From Deferrisomatales bacterium (GTDB lineage: Bacteria > Desulfobacterota > Deferrisomatia > Deferrisomatales > JACRMM01), in assembly GCA_033551855.1 (NCBI GenBank), contig JAWSUI010000003.1:32001-96000 (forward strand): DNA of 64,000 nucleotides, read 5' to 3'. The position numbers and the translations under genes were made by a program. This document shows positions 41,992 through 51,992 of this stretch, piece after piece; within the stretch, counting starts at the first letter, position 1; the number at the start of each line of letters is the position of its first letter. Below the pieces are notes generated by a model. That model searched no databases. It was not told the origin of the DNA and saw only the letters and a program-made list of their open reading frames with translations.

Positions 41992-42672
41992 TCAGCTCCC
42001 CTTCGCCAGCACCGCAAGAACCTTTGCACCCCCCGCGGGACCGTGGGCCAGGAGGCGGTGCCGCAGCGTCGATTCGAAGTATACGCTGTCCCCTTGCCGG
42101 AGGACGATCCGCTCCCGGTCCAAGAGGAGCTCGGCCTCGCCCTCGAGGACGAGGAGAAACTCCTCTCCCTCGTGGCTGTACAGGGTCTGCTCATCCCGCA
42201 TCCCTGCATCCACCGAGAGGAGGAACGGCTCCATGATCTTGTCCCTCTTCCTGTGGGTGAGGGCGTGGTAGGTGTAGCCGTGGTCGCCCCCGGTGCTCGA
42301 GATCACCCGGGTGACGGCCGGCCGCGCCTCCCGGCGGATCACCTCGTAGGCCTCTTCGGGGCCTTCGTCGCGGAAGAAGTAGCCCACCCGCACGCCGAGG
42401 ACCTTCGCGATCCTGGCCAGCGTGGCGATGGGGGGAGAGACGTTGTTGTTCTCCACCTGGGAGATGAGGGCCGGGGAAAACCCCGTCTCGTCAGCCACCT
42501 CCTGGAGGGTCTTCTTCCGGGTCTGCCGCAAGGCCTTGATCTTCGCCCCGATGTGGAACTCCTCCGGGGCGCCTTCCCGGACCCCCGCCGGCGGCCTCCT
42601 CGAGGCCCCCGGACGCTGAGCGCGCTTGCGTCCTCCTTGGGCTTTGGAATCGGACGACGAAGCTCGAGACAC
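41992..42672 (-). CDS. XRE-family HTH plus cupin regulator
   Basis: IGAKIKALR..SQVENNNVSPPIATL; HEGEEFLLVLEG..GDSVYFES..H; start uncertain. Confidence 0.9.
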   Translation of the reverse strand: MSRASSSDSKAQGGRKRAQRPGASRRPPAGVREGAPEEFHIGAKIKALRQTRKKTLQEVADETGFSPALISQVENNNVSPPIATLARIAKVLGVRVGYFFRDEGPEEAYEVIRREARPAVTRVISSTGGDHGYTYHALTHRKRDKIMEPFLLSVDAGMRDEQTLYSHEGEEFLLVLEGEAELLLDRERIVLRQGDSVYFESTLRHRLLAHGPAGGAKVLAVLAKGS

Positions 42673-42736
42673 GCGGGGATCCTGGGCCACGGCAGACGGC
42701 CTGGTGAAGGGTCGAAAAGATCGTGCAAGTCGCGGC

Positions 42737-42808
42737 ATTCTATGCAAAGTCACCGGGCAGGTCAAGAAGTCTTTAGCAAGAATAAAACGTCTTTAGCCCA
42801 GCTAAAAG
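42737..42808 (-). promoter_or_regulatory. Sigma70 promoter with two tandem operator-like palindromes
   Basis: TTGACC-N17-TAGAAT (42765-42737); GTCTTTAGCAAGAATAAAAC and GTCTTTAGCCCAGCTAAAAG with a 20-bp period (42769-42808). Confidence 0.65.
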
Positions 42809-42826
42809 CAACTGGCGCCGACAAGA

Positions 42827-43035
42827 GGTTCTTCCGGTAAACGACCGGGTGGGCCCGCCCCCTCCGGCGGACGATGCCGGACTGTACGGTAGGTGCGCTC
42901 CCGCGCCGCAGCCGGAATCCTCGCGGCATCGCTGCTCCCGAAACGGCTGCCCCCGTCGAGCGGCCGTCCGCCTGCGTGGCCGGGCCCACCCGGTCGTCCC
43001 TGGGCACGAGCACCCGGTCGTTTGCCGGAAAAACC
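42827..43035. mobile_element. MITE-like element, copy 2
   Basis: 25-bp TIRs matching 23/25 (GGTTCTTCCGGTAAACGACCGGGTG); flanked on both sides by ACAAGA. Confidence 0.85.
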
Positions 43036-43157
43036 ACAAGAAAGCCCCTCTGCACGAGGGGCCTCCCATCGAGCCGAGGGGACTCGGAGTTTCACTGCGA
43101 AGACTCTTTCGGGGAATGACGGGGGTGGCGGGTACTGGACGAGCCTCTACGAAGGAC

Positions 43158-43952
43158 CTAACCCTCCTGCGACACCTCGTACCCCAGTCGGGAGGAGAGC
43201 TTGCGGCCCGCCTCCAACGCCAGGGGGGCGAGCTCGGTCTCGATCCGGTCTTCGGTGAACCGGTAGGCCGGGCCCGAGATCGACAGGCCCGCCACCACGC
43301 GGCGCGTGTAGTCCCGAACCGGAACGCCCACGCACCGGATGCCCTCGTCGTATTCCTCGTCGTCCAGGGCAAAACCCGTCTGGCGTATCCGCTCGAGCTG
43401 CTGCAACAACTGGGCTCTGTCGCTGATGGTGTGCTGGGTGTACCTCTTCATGGGGCTGTCGCTCAGAATCCGGTCCACCTCGTCGAGGGATTCGAAGGCG
43501 ATCTGGGCCTTGCCCACTGCCGAGCAGTACACGGGCAGCCCGACACCGACTCGCGAAATGACCCGGACGGGCCGAGTGGCCTCCACTACGTCCACGTATA
43601 CCACCCGGTCGTCCCGAAGGACGCCCAGGTAGGACGTCTCGTTGCACCGTTCGACGATCTCCTCGAGAATGGGGCGCGCCATCTTCAACAACCCCATGTG
43701 CTTGATGAAGACCTGCCCCAACTCCAAGACCTTCAATCCCAGCCGATAGTTGCCGGTAACCTTGTTCTGCTCCATGTAGCCGCGGCTCTCGAGGGTAGCG
43801 AGAAGCCGGAACACATTATTCTTGTGAAGCCCCAGTCGTTTGGAGAGCTCCGTCACCCCGAGCTCCGTGTCCTCGCCCCGAAATTCCTCGAGGAGATCCA
43901 GGCCGTTGGTTACCGACTGGATGATGTAGCTGGATTTCTTTCTCTTGCCCAC
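43158..43952 (-). CDS. IclR family transcriptional regulator
   Basis: IQSVTNGLDLLE, LGVTELSKRLGLHKNNVFRLL, CSAVGKA, DDEEYDEGIRCVG. Confidence 0.93.
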   Translation of the reverse strand: MGKRKKSSYIIQSVTNGLDLLEEFRGEDTELGVTELSKRLGLHKNNVFRLLATLESRGYMEQNKVTGNYRLGLKVLELGQVFIKHMGLLKMARPILEEIVERCNETSYLGVLRDDRVVYVDVVEATRPVRVISRVGVGLPVYCSAVGKAQIAFESLDEVDRILSDSPMKRYTQHTISDRAQLLQQLERIRQTGFALDDEEYDEGIRCVGVPVRDYTRRVVAGLSISGPAYRFTEDRIETELAPLALEAGRKLSSRLGYEVSQEG

Positions 43953-44016
43953 AGCCCACCTGCCTAACTGCCGGCGCCTTCGGCGCCGGTCGTCTACAAG
44001 ATCTGAAGGACCGCGG

Positions 44017-44045
44017 AATCTAGCAACGGCCCCTCTGCCTGTCAA
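44017..44045 (-). promoter_or_regulatory. Sigma70 promoter P1 of the iclR-like gene
   Basis: TTGACA-N17-TAGATT. Confidence 0.7.
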
Positions 44046-44252
44046 GGGCCCACTCTTCCCAAGTCTCTCGGGGGCCTTGCAAACGAGGCCCGGAGGCACC
44101 TTCGCCTCACCCCACAACTTGCAACACCCCGGGGGGGGGCAGACTCCGGGCCCCCCGGGCTTCGGGCCACACCGCCTTCCCCGCCGGCGCCCGCCGGTTC
44201 GCTCGAGACCCCGCAGGGCTGTGCCCCGGTTGCGCCGTGAGCACGCGCCGCA

Positions 44253-44281
44253 ACCATAAAATGGTGTTCTATTCCTGTCAA
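44253..44281 (-). promoter_or_regulatory. Second sigma70 promoter with an AT-rich spacer
   Basis: TTGACA-N17-TATGGT. Confidence 0.6.
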
Positions 44282-44285
44282 GGGG

Positions 44286-44318
44286 AAACGAACGGGGGAA
44301 GGCGGCTGCCTTCCCCCG
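44286..44318 (-). terminator. Putative intrinsic terminator after acsE
   Basis: CGGGGGAAGGC-AGCC-GCCTTCCCCCG followed by TTCGTTT. Confidence 0.65.
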
Positions 44319-44331
44319 CGAGGTCCCGGGC

Positions 44332-45213
44332 TCAGTCCTGGAGCCAGGAGTGGGAATAGAGGACGTCGCCGTTGAGGACCTTGAAGGTCCTGTAGAGCAC
44401 CTTCTCGGCGTCCGTGGTCGGGGCGGGGTCCTGCCCGTCCATCAGCTTTGCCACGTAGTCGACCTCAGCCTGCCGTTTGCCTTGGCAAAGGTCCATCATG
44501 TCCTTGTCGTACGCGTCGACGATCGCGGACTCCTGCCCCAGGTTGTACAGCATCATGAGGTACACGCCGTTGAGGATCGGCCGGAGGTCGTTCGGCGCGC
44601 CGTTGGAGACGTTGGACAGCCCGCAGGTGTTTGTCGCCCCGGGGACGATGTCCTTCACCATCGGCAGGAACTCCATGTACGCCTTCACCTGGTTGATGTC
44701 CACCGAGACCGGCAGGACGATGGGGTCCACCCAGTACCGGGCGTGCTCGATCCCGAGGTCGTCGCCCATCGCCATGATGGTCGAAAGAGCCACGGCGCGC
44801 TCGCTGGCATCCCGCGGGATGCCCTCCTCGCTCATGGTCAGCGCCACGAAGTCGGCGTCGTACTTCTTCACCAGCGGCAGCCGCTCCTGCATGCTCTGGG
44901 GCTGAGCCGAGATGGAGTTGACCAGGGCCCGCTCGTTGCACACCTTCAGGCCCGCCTCCACCGCCAGGGTGTTGGTGGTGTCCAGGGCCAGGCGCACGTC
45001 CTTCTTGACCTCTTGGACGGTCTTGACGAGCCACTCCATGACCTCGTCCCCGGCCTTGCGGGCCGGCCCGAGGTTCAGGTCCAGCATGTCGGAGCCCCTC
45101 TCGAGCTCCTCCTGCGCCATCTGCTGGATCGGCCCCTTGTCCTTCTCCCGGATCGCAGGCCCGATCGTCTTGGACATGATGTTGATGCTCTCGGCGATTG
45201 TGTAGATCTTCAT
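44332..45213 (-). CDS. acsE: Methyl-THF:corrinoid Fe-S protein methyltransferase
   Basis: AESINIM, LDLNLGP, LDTTN, VNSIS, GLSNVSNG; cluster context. Confidence 0.9.
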   Translation of the reverse strand: MKIYTIAESINIMSKTIGPAIREKDKGPIQQMAQEELERGSDMLDLNLGPARKAGDEVMEWLVKTVQEVKKDVRLALDTTNTLAVEAGLKVCNERALVNSISAQPQSMQERLPLVKKYDADFVALTMSEEGIPRDASERAVALSTIMAMGDDLGIEHARYWVDPIVLPVSVDINQVKAYMEFLPMVKDIVPGATNTCGLSNVSNGAPNDLRPILNGVYLMMLYNLGQESAIVDAYDKDMMDLCQGKRQAEVDYVAKLMDGQDPAPTTDAEKVLYRTFKVLNGDVLYSHSWLQD

Positions 45214-45315
45214 TCTGCGCGTCCTCCTGAGGCAAAAAGGGTCACGGGCCCTGCAACGCCATCGGCGAAGGCCGGGGGGGGAGAGGCCGCCGCGGCCTCT
45301 CCCCCCTTACCCGGC

Positions 45316-46674
45316 CTATCCGGCCTTGGCAGCGTAGTCCTTGAGGAACTTCGGAAGATCCGCCGCCTCCCGGGGTCCGATGATCACGTCCCACCCCTCG
45401 CCGAGCTCCTCCTGGAACTCGCCGGAGAGCTGGGCCACGTAGCCCGGAATGATGATCTTCTTGTGCCCCACCTTCTCTGTGATGTCGGTCTTCTTCACGA
45501 AGGGGGCCATGGCGTCCGCGACGAACTTGCCCGCCGACCACGCGGTGAGCACGCTCATCCCCTCGGTGTCCATGATCAGCAGCCAGGTGGGCACCCGGCT
45601 GGCCTCGACCTCGGCGCTCACCACGAAGTACGTCAGCGCAAAGTTCGTGGTGATGATCACCGGGCTGGTCGGGCCGGGGTTGTTGATCTCGTAGATCCCC
45701 TGATCCATGGTCATGGGCCGCTGCGGGTCCGTGTAGATGTTCAGCCGGTTGACCAGGAGGGGCAGGCTGACCGCCGGGTCGAGGCTGCCGAGAACCACCA
45801 CGCCGGCGTACTTGTCCATCAGGACCGTGGCGTAAGCGGCCTGGAGCTCCTTGTGGTCGGTCATGGCGCAGGGGAAGGCGATGGTCGGAAAGCCCAGGGC
45901 CCGGAACTTCTTGTCCAGGGCGGCCCGCCGGATTGCGATGTTGGCGGTGACGGTCTCCCGGAGGCCCTTCCAGCCGGTGTCGAGCAGGACCTCCTTCAGG
46001 CCCGCGGCGACGAACTTCTCTCCCACCGCAGCCAGGTCGTCAAGGGTGTCCCCCTTCGCAACCACGGCGCAGCCGAACTCCTTCGCCATCTGCACGAAGG
46101 AGTCGACGGTCTCTGCGGTGGCCGCGTGCAGCGCGAACTTCTTGCCCTTGATCGCCTCCGCCGCCGCCTTCAGGGTATCGACGCTCTCGGAGGAGAGGAT
46201 CAGCCCCTTCTCCGTGGCGCCGGCCACCTTCTTCGCCAGCTCGACGAAGGAGCCCTGGTCCTTCTTCTCGTCCCACAGGAAGGCGAAATTGGGCTTCAGG
46301 GTGAGACCCACCCGCTCGAAACCGATCCCGTTGAGGAGCTTCACCTCGGCATCGACGACCGCCGGGTCGGTGCTGTTGGTGAGCGCCACGGCGAGGCCGG
46401 TGGGATTCACGAAGGTCTTCTCGTGGCGGTACTTCACGGTCTCGCCCCCCACCTTGTGGGCGTCGGCGCCCTGGCCGAGCTCCACCACCCGGATCGGGGG
46501 GGCGCTCGCCTCGGAGAGCTTCGCCTGGGCCTCCTCCGAGACGTAGGGACACTTGGAGAGCTCTGCCTTGCCCGCGGCCAGCTTCATCGCGAAGGCGAGG
46601 CACGTGGGCTCACCGCAGTCCTTGCAGTTGGTCTGCGGGAGCAGTTTGTAGATCTGAATGCCGGTCAGTCCCAT
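45316..46674 (-). CDS. acsC: Corrinoid Fe-S protein large subunit
   Basis: LPQTNCKDCGEPTCLAFA, NIYTDPQ, TTNFALTYF, SVLTAWSAGKF. Confidence 0.96.
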   Translation of the reverse strand: MGLTGIQIYKLLPQTNCKDCGEPTCLAFAMKLAAGKAELSKCPYVSEEAQAKLSEASAPPIRVVELGQGADAHKVGGETVKYRHEKTFVNPTGLAVALTNSTDPAVVDAEVKLLNGIGFERVGLTLKPNFAFLWDEKKDQGSFVELAKKVAGATEKGLILSSESVDTLKAAAEAIKGKKFALHAATAETVDSFVQMAKEFGCAVVAKGDTLDDLAAVGEKFVAAGLKEVLLDTGWKGLRETVTANIAIRRAALDKKFRALGFPTIAFPCAMTDHKELQAAYATVLMDKYAGVVVLGSLDPAVSLPLLVNRLNIYTDPQRPMTMDQGIYEINNPGPTSPVIITTNFALTYFVVSAEVEASRVPTWLLIMDTEGMSVLTAWSAGKFVADAMAPFVKKTDITEKVGHKKIIIPGYVAQLSGEFQEELGEGWDVIIGPREAADLPKFLKDYAAKAG

Positions 46675-46773
46675 GGGCCGAATCTCCTTTCGTCAGCAAA
46701 CGCGCAGTTCGCAGCGTCTCGATCGATCCCCGCAGCTGCCCCCGGGGAGGGAAACCCCTCCCCGGGGAACGGC

Positions 46774-48978
46774 CTACATCATGGGGTCCATCTCCAGGGC
46801 CGGGTGCCCCACCTTCTGCATGAACTCCAGCACCTCTTCCTCGGTGGTGGCGTTCTCTTCCGTGGCGATCTTGTCGTAGAGATCGGCGCACCCTTCCTCC
46901 GCACCCCGCTTCTCGAGGACCTCCTTCAGCGACTCCTTGAGCGCCTTGGGAAGCCAGGCGATGCGCTTGATCCCGCCGTCGGCGCTGATGAACTTCTTCG
47001 AGCCGATGTAGAACTTGGACATCCCCACGAAGCCCGGCGTCTGGGCCCCGCCGCCCACCGAGCCCGCCAGCGTCGAGAAGGGCATGCCGCAGGGGGTCGC
47101 CCCCGCATAGTCCCGGTCCACGACCATGACCGCGTTGGACATGGGCAGCAGCACCGTGATGGCCTCGAAGCACCCGCAGGAGGTCATGGGGTCCACCATC
47201 AGGGAGTACGCGCTGAAGGAGGCGATCGCGTCGTGGGAGTTCTTCAGCACGAACTCGTTGACGCCTTTCCACTGCCCGAGGTTGTCGTCGAGGGTGTCGC
47301 CCTTCTTGATGGGCTGGTTCGGGCCGGTGGGGGTGATCTCGAAGGCGGCCTTGCCGTCGAGCCAGTTGTACGCGCCGCACAGGCCGGGCCGCTCGGGGCT
47401 GATCACGCACACGTGGTCCGGCGCGAAGGACTGGCAGAGCGTGCAGCTGTAGAAGGTGTCGACGCTCTCGTCGGTCATGGAGCCGAGGCGCTCCTCGCGC
47501 TCCTTGTACACCGCCCTGGCCTCCGACATGAGCTCTTTGACCTTGGCCGGGTCCGTGTAGACCGTCACCTGGACCTTGTCGAGGATCTTTCCGAACTCGT
47601 TGTGGAACTTCGCGTGCAGGATCGTTCCGAAGTGCTTCAGGCTGAAGCCGGCGGCAAAGGCCTTCTTCGAGATCCGAAGCCACACGATGTCGCGCTGGCC
47701 GATGTGGAGCACACCCTCCGCGCCGTTCAGGAGGTGGTGGATCTGACGCTCGAGGATCGGCTCGAAGTCGGGCTGCATGCTGCGGCCCGCCACATCGACC
47801 CAGATGGCAAGGGGGTAGGTCTTGCCCTCCTCCATGTCCTTCAAGTCCGGGCCCACCACCGCGAACTTCCCGTCCTCGACCTCGTCCAGCGGCTTCATCT
47901 GGCAGAACTCGAAACCCTCGGACTTGGGTCCGGCGAGCTCCACGTGCATCTGGTCCCTCGCGATCCGCTCGCCTTCGAAGGCCGGGGAGTGGGAGACCGG
48001 GATGTCGATCTTCGAGATGTGGATCTTCAGGCCGCGCACCTCGATGGCCTTGGCCACGATCTGGTCGTGGGGGATGCTCGACACCACGTGCTCGTAGGTG
48101 CACACCCCCGTGACGAGGATCTCGGGGATGCCGGAGTCGGCGATGGTCGGGAAGCCGTAGTTGATGGCCCCCGCGGCGGCCGCGTACCACTCGTCGCTGA
48201 CCTCGCCCAGGGCGAGCACGAAGGCGAAGACCCGCAGCTTGTTGTACCGCAGGATCCCCGCATAGTCGCCCGGCTGGATGCCGCCGAAGGCCATGGCGGC
48301 CCGAGTGGCGAAGCCCACGGCGTGGATCGCCGCCGAGGTGTCGCGGCCGAAGGGGACGAGCCGGGTCGGCCACCCGACCTGCACGCCCTCCTCCACGAGC
48401 TGCTCGGCGAAGGTCTTGCCGTTGTACTCGGAGGCCATGAAGACGTAGATGCCCTTCTCCTGCAGCTCCTTGGCGATCTTTGCCGCCGTGGCGCTGTCCG
48501 GGGCCGAGCCCACCACCGCGGCGAAGCCGGGCGCCGAGCCGTCCACGAACTCCACGCCGCGCTTGCGCATGATGACGTCGTCGGCAGCCCCCAGCCAGAT
48601 GTTGTCGGGGCTCGGGTCCTCGCCCAGGGTGTAGGGGACCGGCTCCTGCAGGTACTTGAGGGCCTCCTCCATGTCGTAGCAGAAGAGGGTCTGCATGCCG
48701 GCGTCGAGGCCGTGGCCCAGGTAGGGCACCCACAGGTTCTCGGAAACCTGAGGGGGCAGGAGGCTCTTGCACTTGTCGAGCACCGGCAGCATGTCGCCGA
48801 GCTTCTCGACCTTGTGGCCCAGGATGCCGTAGATGACCGGCAGGAAGTAGCCGGTGTTGGGGAGCTTGACCTCCTTGTCGGCCCCGTGCTTGGCGATGGC
48901 GTCGGTGACCTTCTTCTCCACGCGGGCGTAGATCTGGTGCGCCCCGCGGATGACTCCGGAAAGGATGATCTTGGACAT
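46774..48978 (-). CDS. acsB: Acetyl-CoA synthase
   Basis: PNTGYFLP, CTLCQSFAPDHVC, RPGLCGA, PMTSCGCFE. Confidence 0.97.
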   Translation of the reverse strand: MSKIILSGVIRGAHQIYARVEKKVTDAIAKHGADKEVKLPNTGYFLPVIYGILGHKVEKLGDMLPVLDKCKSLLPPQVSENLWVPYLGHGLDAGMQTLFCYDMEEALKYLQEPVPYTLGEDPSPDNIWLGAADDVIMRKRGVEFVDGSAPGFAAVVGSAPDSATAAKIAKELQEKGIYVFMASEYNGKTFAEQLVEEGVQVGWPTRLVPFGRDTSAAIHAVGFATRAAMAFGGIQPGDYAGILRYNKLRVFAFVLALGEVSDEWYAAAAGAINYGFPTIADSGIPEILVTGVCTYEHVVSSIPHDQIVAKAIEVRGLKIHISKIDIPVSHSPAFEGERIARDQMHVELAGPKSEGFEFCQMKPLDEVEDGKFAVVGPDLKDMEEGKTYPLAIWVDVAGRSMQPDFEPILERQIHHLLNGAEGVLHIGQRDIVWLRISKKAFAAGFSLKHFGTILHAKFHNEFGKILDKVQVTVYTDPAKVKELMSEARAVYKEREERLGSMTDESVDTFYSCTLCQSFAPDHVCVISPERPGLCGAYNWLDGKAAFEITPTGPNQPIKKGDTLDDNLGQWKGVNEFVLKNSHDAIASFSAYSLMVDPMTSCGCFEAITVLLPMSNAVMVVDRDYAGATPCGMPFSTLAGSVGGGAQTPGFVGMSKFYIGSKKFISADGGIKRIAWLPKALKESLKEVLEKRGAEEGCADLYDKIATEENATTEEEVLEFMQKVGHPALEMDPMM

Positions 48979-48996
48979 TCTCGTGCCTCCCTATCC

Positions 48997-50946
48997 TTAG
49001 ACCTTGAGCTCGCGGCGGGCTTCCATGTCGAAGAGCTTGCGCTCTTGCTTCTCGTGGATTCCAAGCGCCTCGCGCTTCGCGTTGATGTGGTCGATCATCA
49101 GCTTCGCCATCTTGTAGGGGTCGGGCTCCACGGCCCACTTGCCCCCGAGGTCGTTCTCCAGCCCGCCGAAGAGGTAGTCGGCAAACTTGGTACCCGGCAC
49201 GTGGGGCAGGGTCACCCCGAAGACCGTGAAGACACCGCTCGCCACGAAGTAATGGCCGATGGCGATGGCCTTCTCGCTCATGTACTCGGGCGCGGCGCCC
49301 GCGATGGGCAGGTCGCTGATGTCGTCGCCCAGCCCGCCGGTCCTCACCATCTCCGAGACCGCGACCAGGATGCGGCTGTTATCCACGCAGGCGCCGCAGT
49401 GGAGCACCGGCGGCATGCCCACCGCCTCACACACCTCCCGGAGGCCCGGTCCGCAGTACTTGGCGGCCGCCTCGGGCTGCATGAAGCCCTGCTTGGCCAT
49501 GGCGATGGCCGAGCAACCCGTCTGCACCACCAGCACGTCGTTCTTCAGCAGCTCCTTCACGAGCTCGATGTGCACCCAGTCGTGCTTGACCCGGGGGTTG
49601 TTGCACCCCACCACGCCGGCCACGCCGCGGATGCGCCCGTTGATGATGTTTTCGTTCAAGGGCGTGTAGCTCGAGCGGAAGCTGCCGCCCAGCATGTAGT
49701 TGATGGTCTCGTGGGAGAACCCGCCGACCATCGCCGTCTTGCGGTCCGGGATCTGGACCTTCTTGCGGTTCTTGAAGTTGTTGACGCCCTCCATCATGAG
49801 CTTCACGCCGGCTTCCCGCGCGCCGTGGTCGCCGTGGAACTCGATGTGCTGGGCGCCCTCGATCTTGCACCGATAGTTCGTGGTGAGGAACTTGGTGTGG
49901 TAGCACTTGGCGAGGTCCGAAAGGCCCTGCTGGATGCACTGCACGTCCACCATCATCGCGTCCACGGCGCCGGTGATGATCGCCGAGTCGCACTGCATGA
50001 AGTTTCCGGCGTGGGGGACGCCCCGGCGCACGAGCTGCTCGTTGCCCGAGCAGCACATCCCCACCAGGTTGATCCCCTCGGCGCCCACGGCCTTGGCCTT
50101 GGCCACGAGCTCCGGGTCGTCGGCGAGGCGCACCATCATGTCCAGGAGCTGGGGCTCGTGGCCGTGGACGATGACGTTGACCTCCTTCTCCTTGAGCACC
50201 CCGATGTCGATCTCGGCCCGCACCGGCCGCGGTGTGCCGAACATGATGTCGGAGAGCTCCGTGGAGATCATCGCCCCGCCCCAGCCGTCCGCCAGGGCGC
50301 AGCGCGCCGCGCCGAGCACGAGGTTCCGGTAGTCCTGGTCGACACCCATGTGGGTGCGGTGCATCATCTCCACGACCTCGCGATCCACACCGCGAGAGAG
50401 CACCCCGAGCTCCTTCCACTTCTCGAAGCGCTTCTTCGGCGCCCGCTCGAAGAGCTTCAAGTGCCCGTGCTGCTGGCTGAACTGCCCGAGGCATGCCTCG
50501 GCGAGCTCGATGGCCACGTCCTTCTGCTCCCGGCCCTCGGTCGGCACGCCCATGTGCTTGGCGAACTCCACCAGCTTGCCCGGCTCCTTGATCTCGAAGT
50601 CCGGGTTCTCGCCCTTGGCCACGGTGAGGAAGAGCTCGCTCATCTCCCGGCCGTGGTCGGAGTGGGCCGCTGTGCCGGCGGCCACGGCTCGGGCGAACCC
50701 GCGGGCCTGGAAGGTGTCGATATTGGCGCCGCACACGCCGACTTTCTCATACGGTGCCTTGCTCGACAGGCGGCAGGGCCCCATGTAGCAGTGCTTGCAG
50801 CAGGCGTTCTGGGCCCCGATCGGGCAGGGGCTGATCTCGTCGGCCCGGTCGAAGGCGGTCTTCACCCCCTCCTCCCGCGCCTTGGTGAGCATCTGCGCCG
50901 TAGACTCGCAGACGGTGATGTCCTGGATCTCGCGAAGCTTCGCCAT
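48997..50946 (-). CDS. cooS: Anaerobic Ni-CO dehydrogenase catalytic subunit
   Basis: CPIG..CCKHCYMGPC, HSDH, HGHEP, CCSGNE, GCNNP, GACVDNSR, SEKA. Confidence 0.97.
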   Translation of the reverse strand: MAKLREIQDITVCESTAQMLTKAREEGVKTAFDRADEISPCPIGAQNACCKHCYMGPCRLSSKAPYEKVGVCGANIDTFQARGFARAVAAGTAAHSDHGREMSELFLTVAKGENPDFEIKEPGKLVEFAKHMGVPTEGREQKDVAIELAEACLGQFSQQHGHLKLFERAPKKRFEKWKELGVLSRGVDREVVEMMHRTHMGVDQDYRNLVLGAARCALADGWGGAMISTELSDIMFGTPRPVRAEIDIGVLKEKEVNVIVHGHEPQLLDMMVRLADDPELVAKAKAVGAEGINLVGMCCSGNEQLVRRGVPHAGNFMQCDSAIITGAVDAMMVDVQCIQQGLSDLAKCYHTKFLTTNYRCKIEGAQHIEFHGDHGAREAGVKLMMEGVNNFKNRKKVQIPDRKTAMVGGFSHETINYMLGGSFRSSYTPLNENIINGRIRGVAGVVGCNNPRVKHDWVHIELVKELLKNDVLVVQTGCSAIAMAKQGFMQPEAAAKYCGPGLREVCEAVGMPPVLHCGACVDNSRILVAVSEMVRTGGLGDDISDLPIAGAAPEYMSEKAIAIGHYFVASGVFTVFGVTLPHVPGTKFADYLFGGLENDLGGKWAVEPDPYKMAKLMIDHINAKREALGIHEKQERKLFDMEARRELKV

Positions 50947-50982
50947 GGTGTGTTTCCTCCCTCAGTAGTGTTCGCGACGGCC

Positions 50983-51933
50983 TCAGGCCATCACGTCGTC
51001 GATCACCTTCTTCAGGGCCCGAACCGACTCCGGGTGGCGCAGAATCAGGATGTCCGCCCCCGCCGTGAGTAGGTCTGTCGCCGTCACCGTCTCCCAGAGG
51101 ACGCCCCGGGTCTTCACGTCCCCGAAGCTCGGCTCCTCGGCCTCGGGGATGCCGGCCTCCTTGGTCTTCCAGCAGTACTTGCCGATGTCGCAGATCAGGG
51201 GGGACTGCATCTTCTCGTCCCCTTGCTTGAGGCCGGTGAGCCGATCACGCTCCATGACCGAGTAGCTGTACTCGATGCCGTACCCCAGGGCGCCGGTGGA
51301 GGGGTCCATGAGGATCTTGTCCATGGGCACGCCCAGGTTGTTGAGCAGGATGTTGAGCTGCTTGGCCATGTTGACGTCGATGGGGGTCTGAGCCACGACC
51401 GTGTGTCCGTAGCCGATGGCGGCGCCGCCGATCTTCTTGTAGTTCTCTTCCACCGCCGGGCCGATCACCAGGTTCATGCCCTCGCACACCTCGGCCACCT
51501 TGGCCAGGGTCTCCGCATCCTTCTCGCCGTTCTCGCAGCCCCACACGATCAGCGGCACCGGGATGGCCTCCGCCACTTTCTTCGCCAGGGCGGCGGCTTC
51601 CGCGGCGCTCGTGTTGAGGCCGTTGGGGTCGGTGCTGGCGAGCTGCAGGCAGATGAGATCTGCCCCATACTCGTTGAGACACTTCAGGGCCCAAGCCACG
51701 GGGTCGCCGAGGACGTCCGCGAACGGCGCCTTGGCGTTCTCGGCCCAGGTCTCGGTGACCGCGGCCTTGTCGTAAACCTCCATCGCCACGAGGGGGCGGT
51801 TGGGGAACTGACCCTCGAAGTTGCACAGGGGCATGGCGTTCTGGCCTCCGACCTTCTTGGCCTTCGCGCCCGCGCCGAGGGCAACCTCGACGATCTTTCC
51901 GGCGTAGGAGTCTTTCGGGAACTCAAATGCCAT
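50983..51933 (-). CDS. acsD: Corrinoid Fe-S protein small subunit
   Basis: TPIDVNMAKQLN, MDPSTGALGYGIEYSYSVMER, LRHP. Confidence 0.95.
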   Translation of the reverse strand: MAFEFPKDSYAGKIVEVALGAGAKAKKVGGQNAMPLCNFEGQFPNRPLVAMEVYDKAAVTETWAENAKAPFADVLGDPVAWALKCLNEYGADLICLQLASTDPNGLNTSAAEAAALAKKVAEAIPVPLIVWGCENGEKDAETLAKVAEVCEGMNLVIGPAVEENYKKIGGAAIGYGHTVVAQTPIDVNMAKQLNILLNNLGVPMDKILMDPSTGALGYGIEYSYSVMERDRLTGLKQGDEKMQSPLICDIGKYCWKTKEAGIPEAEEPSFGDVKTRGVLWETVTATDLLTAGADILILRHPESVRALKKVIDDVMA

Positions 51934-51992
51934 GGTTCACGCTCCTTTCGTCCCTCGGCACGCGGCCTCGGACAGGTGTGATGTGCGGGCCG

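Noticed and set aside
44350..51072. 2240-aa plus-strand ORF, and similar long ORFs at 13085-17644, 22789-26433, 37121-39598 and 39501-41969
   Set aside because: Antisense or off-frame shadows of real genes caused by GC-rich codon bias; no recognisable domains.
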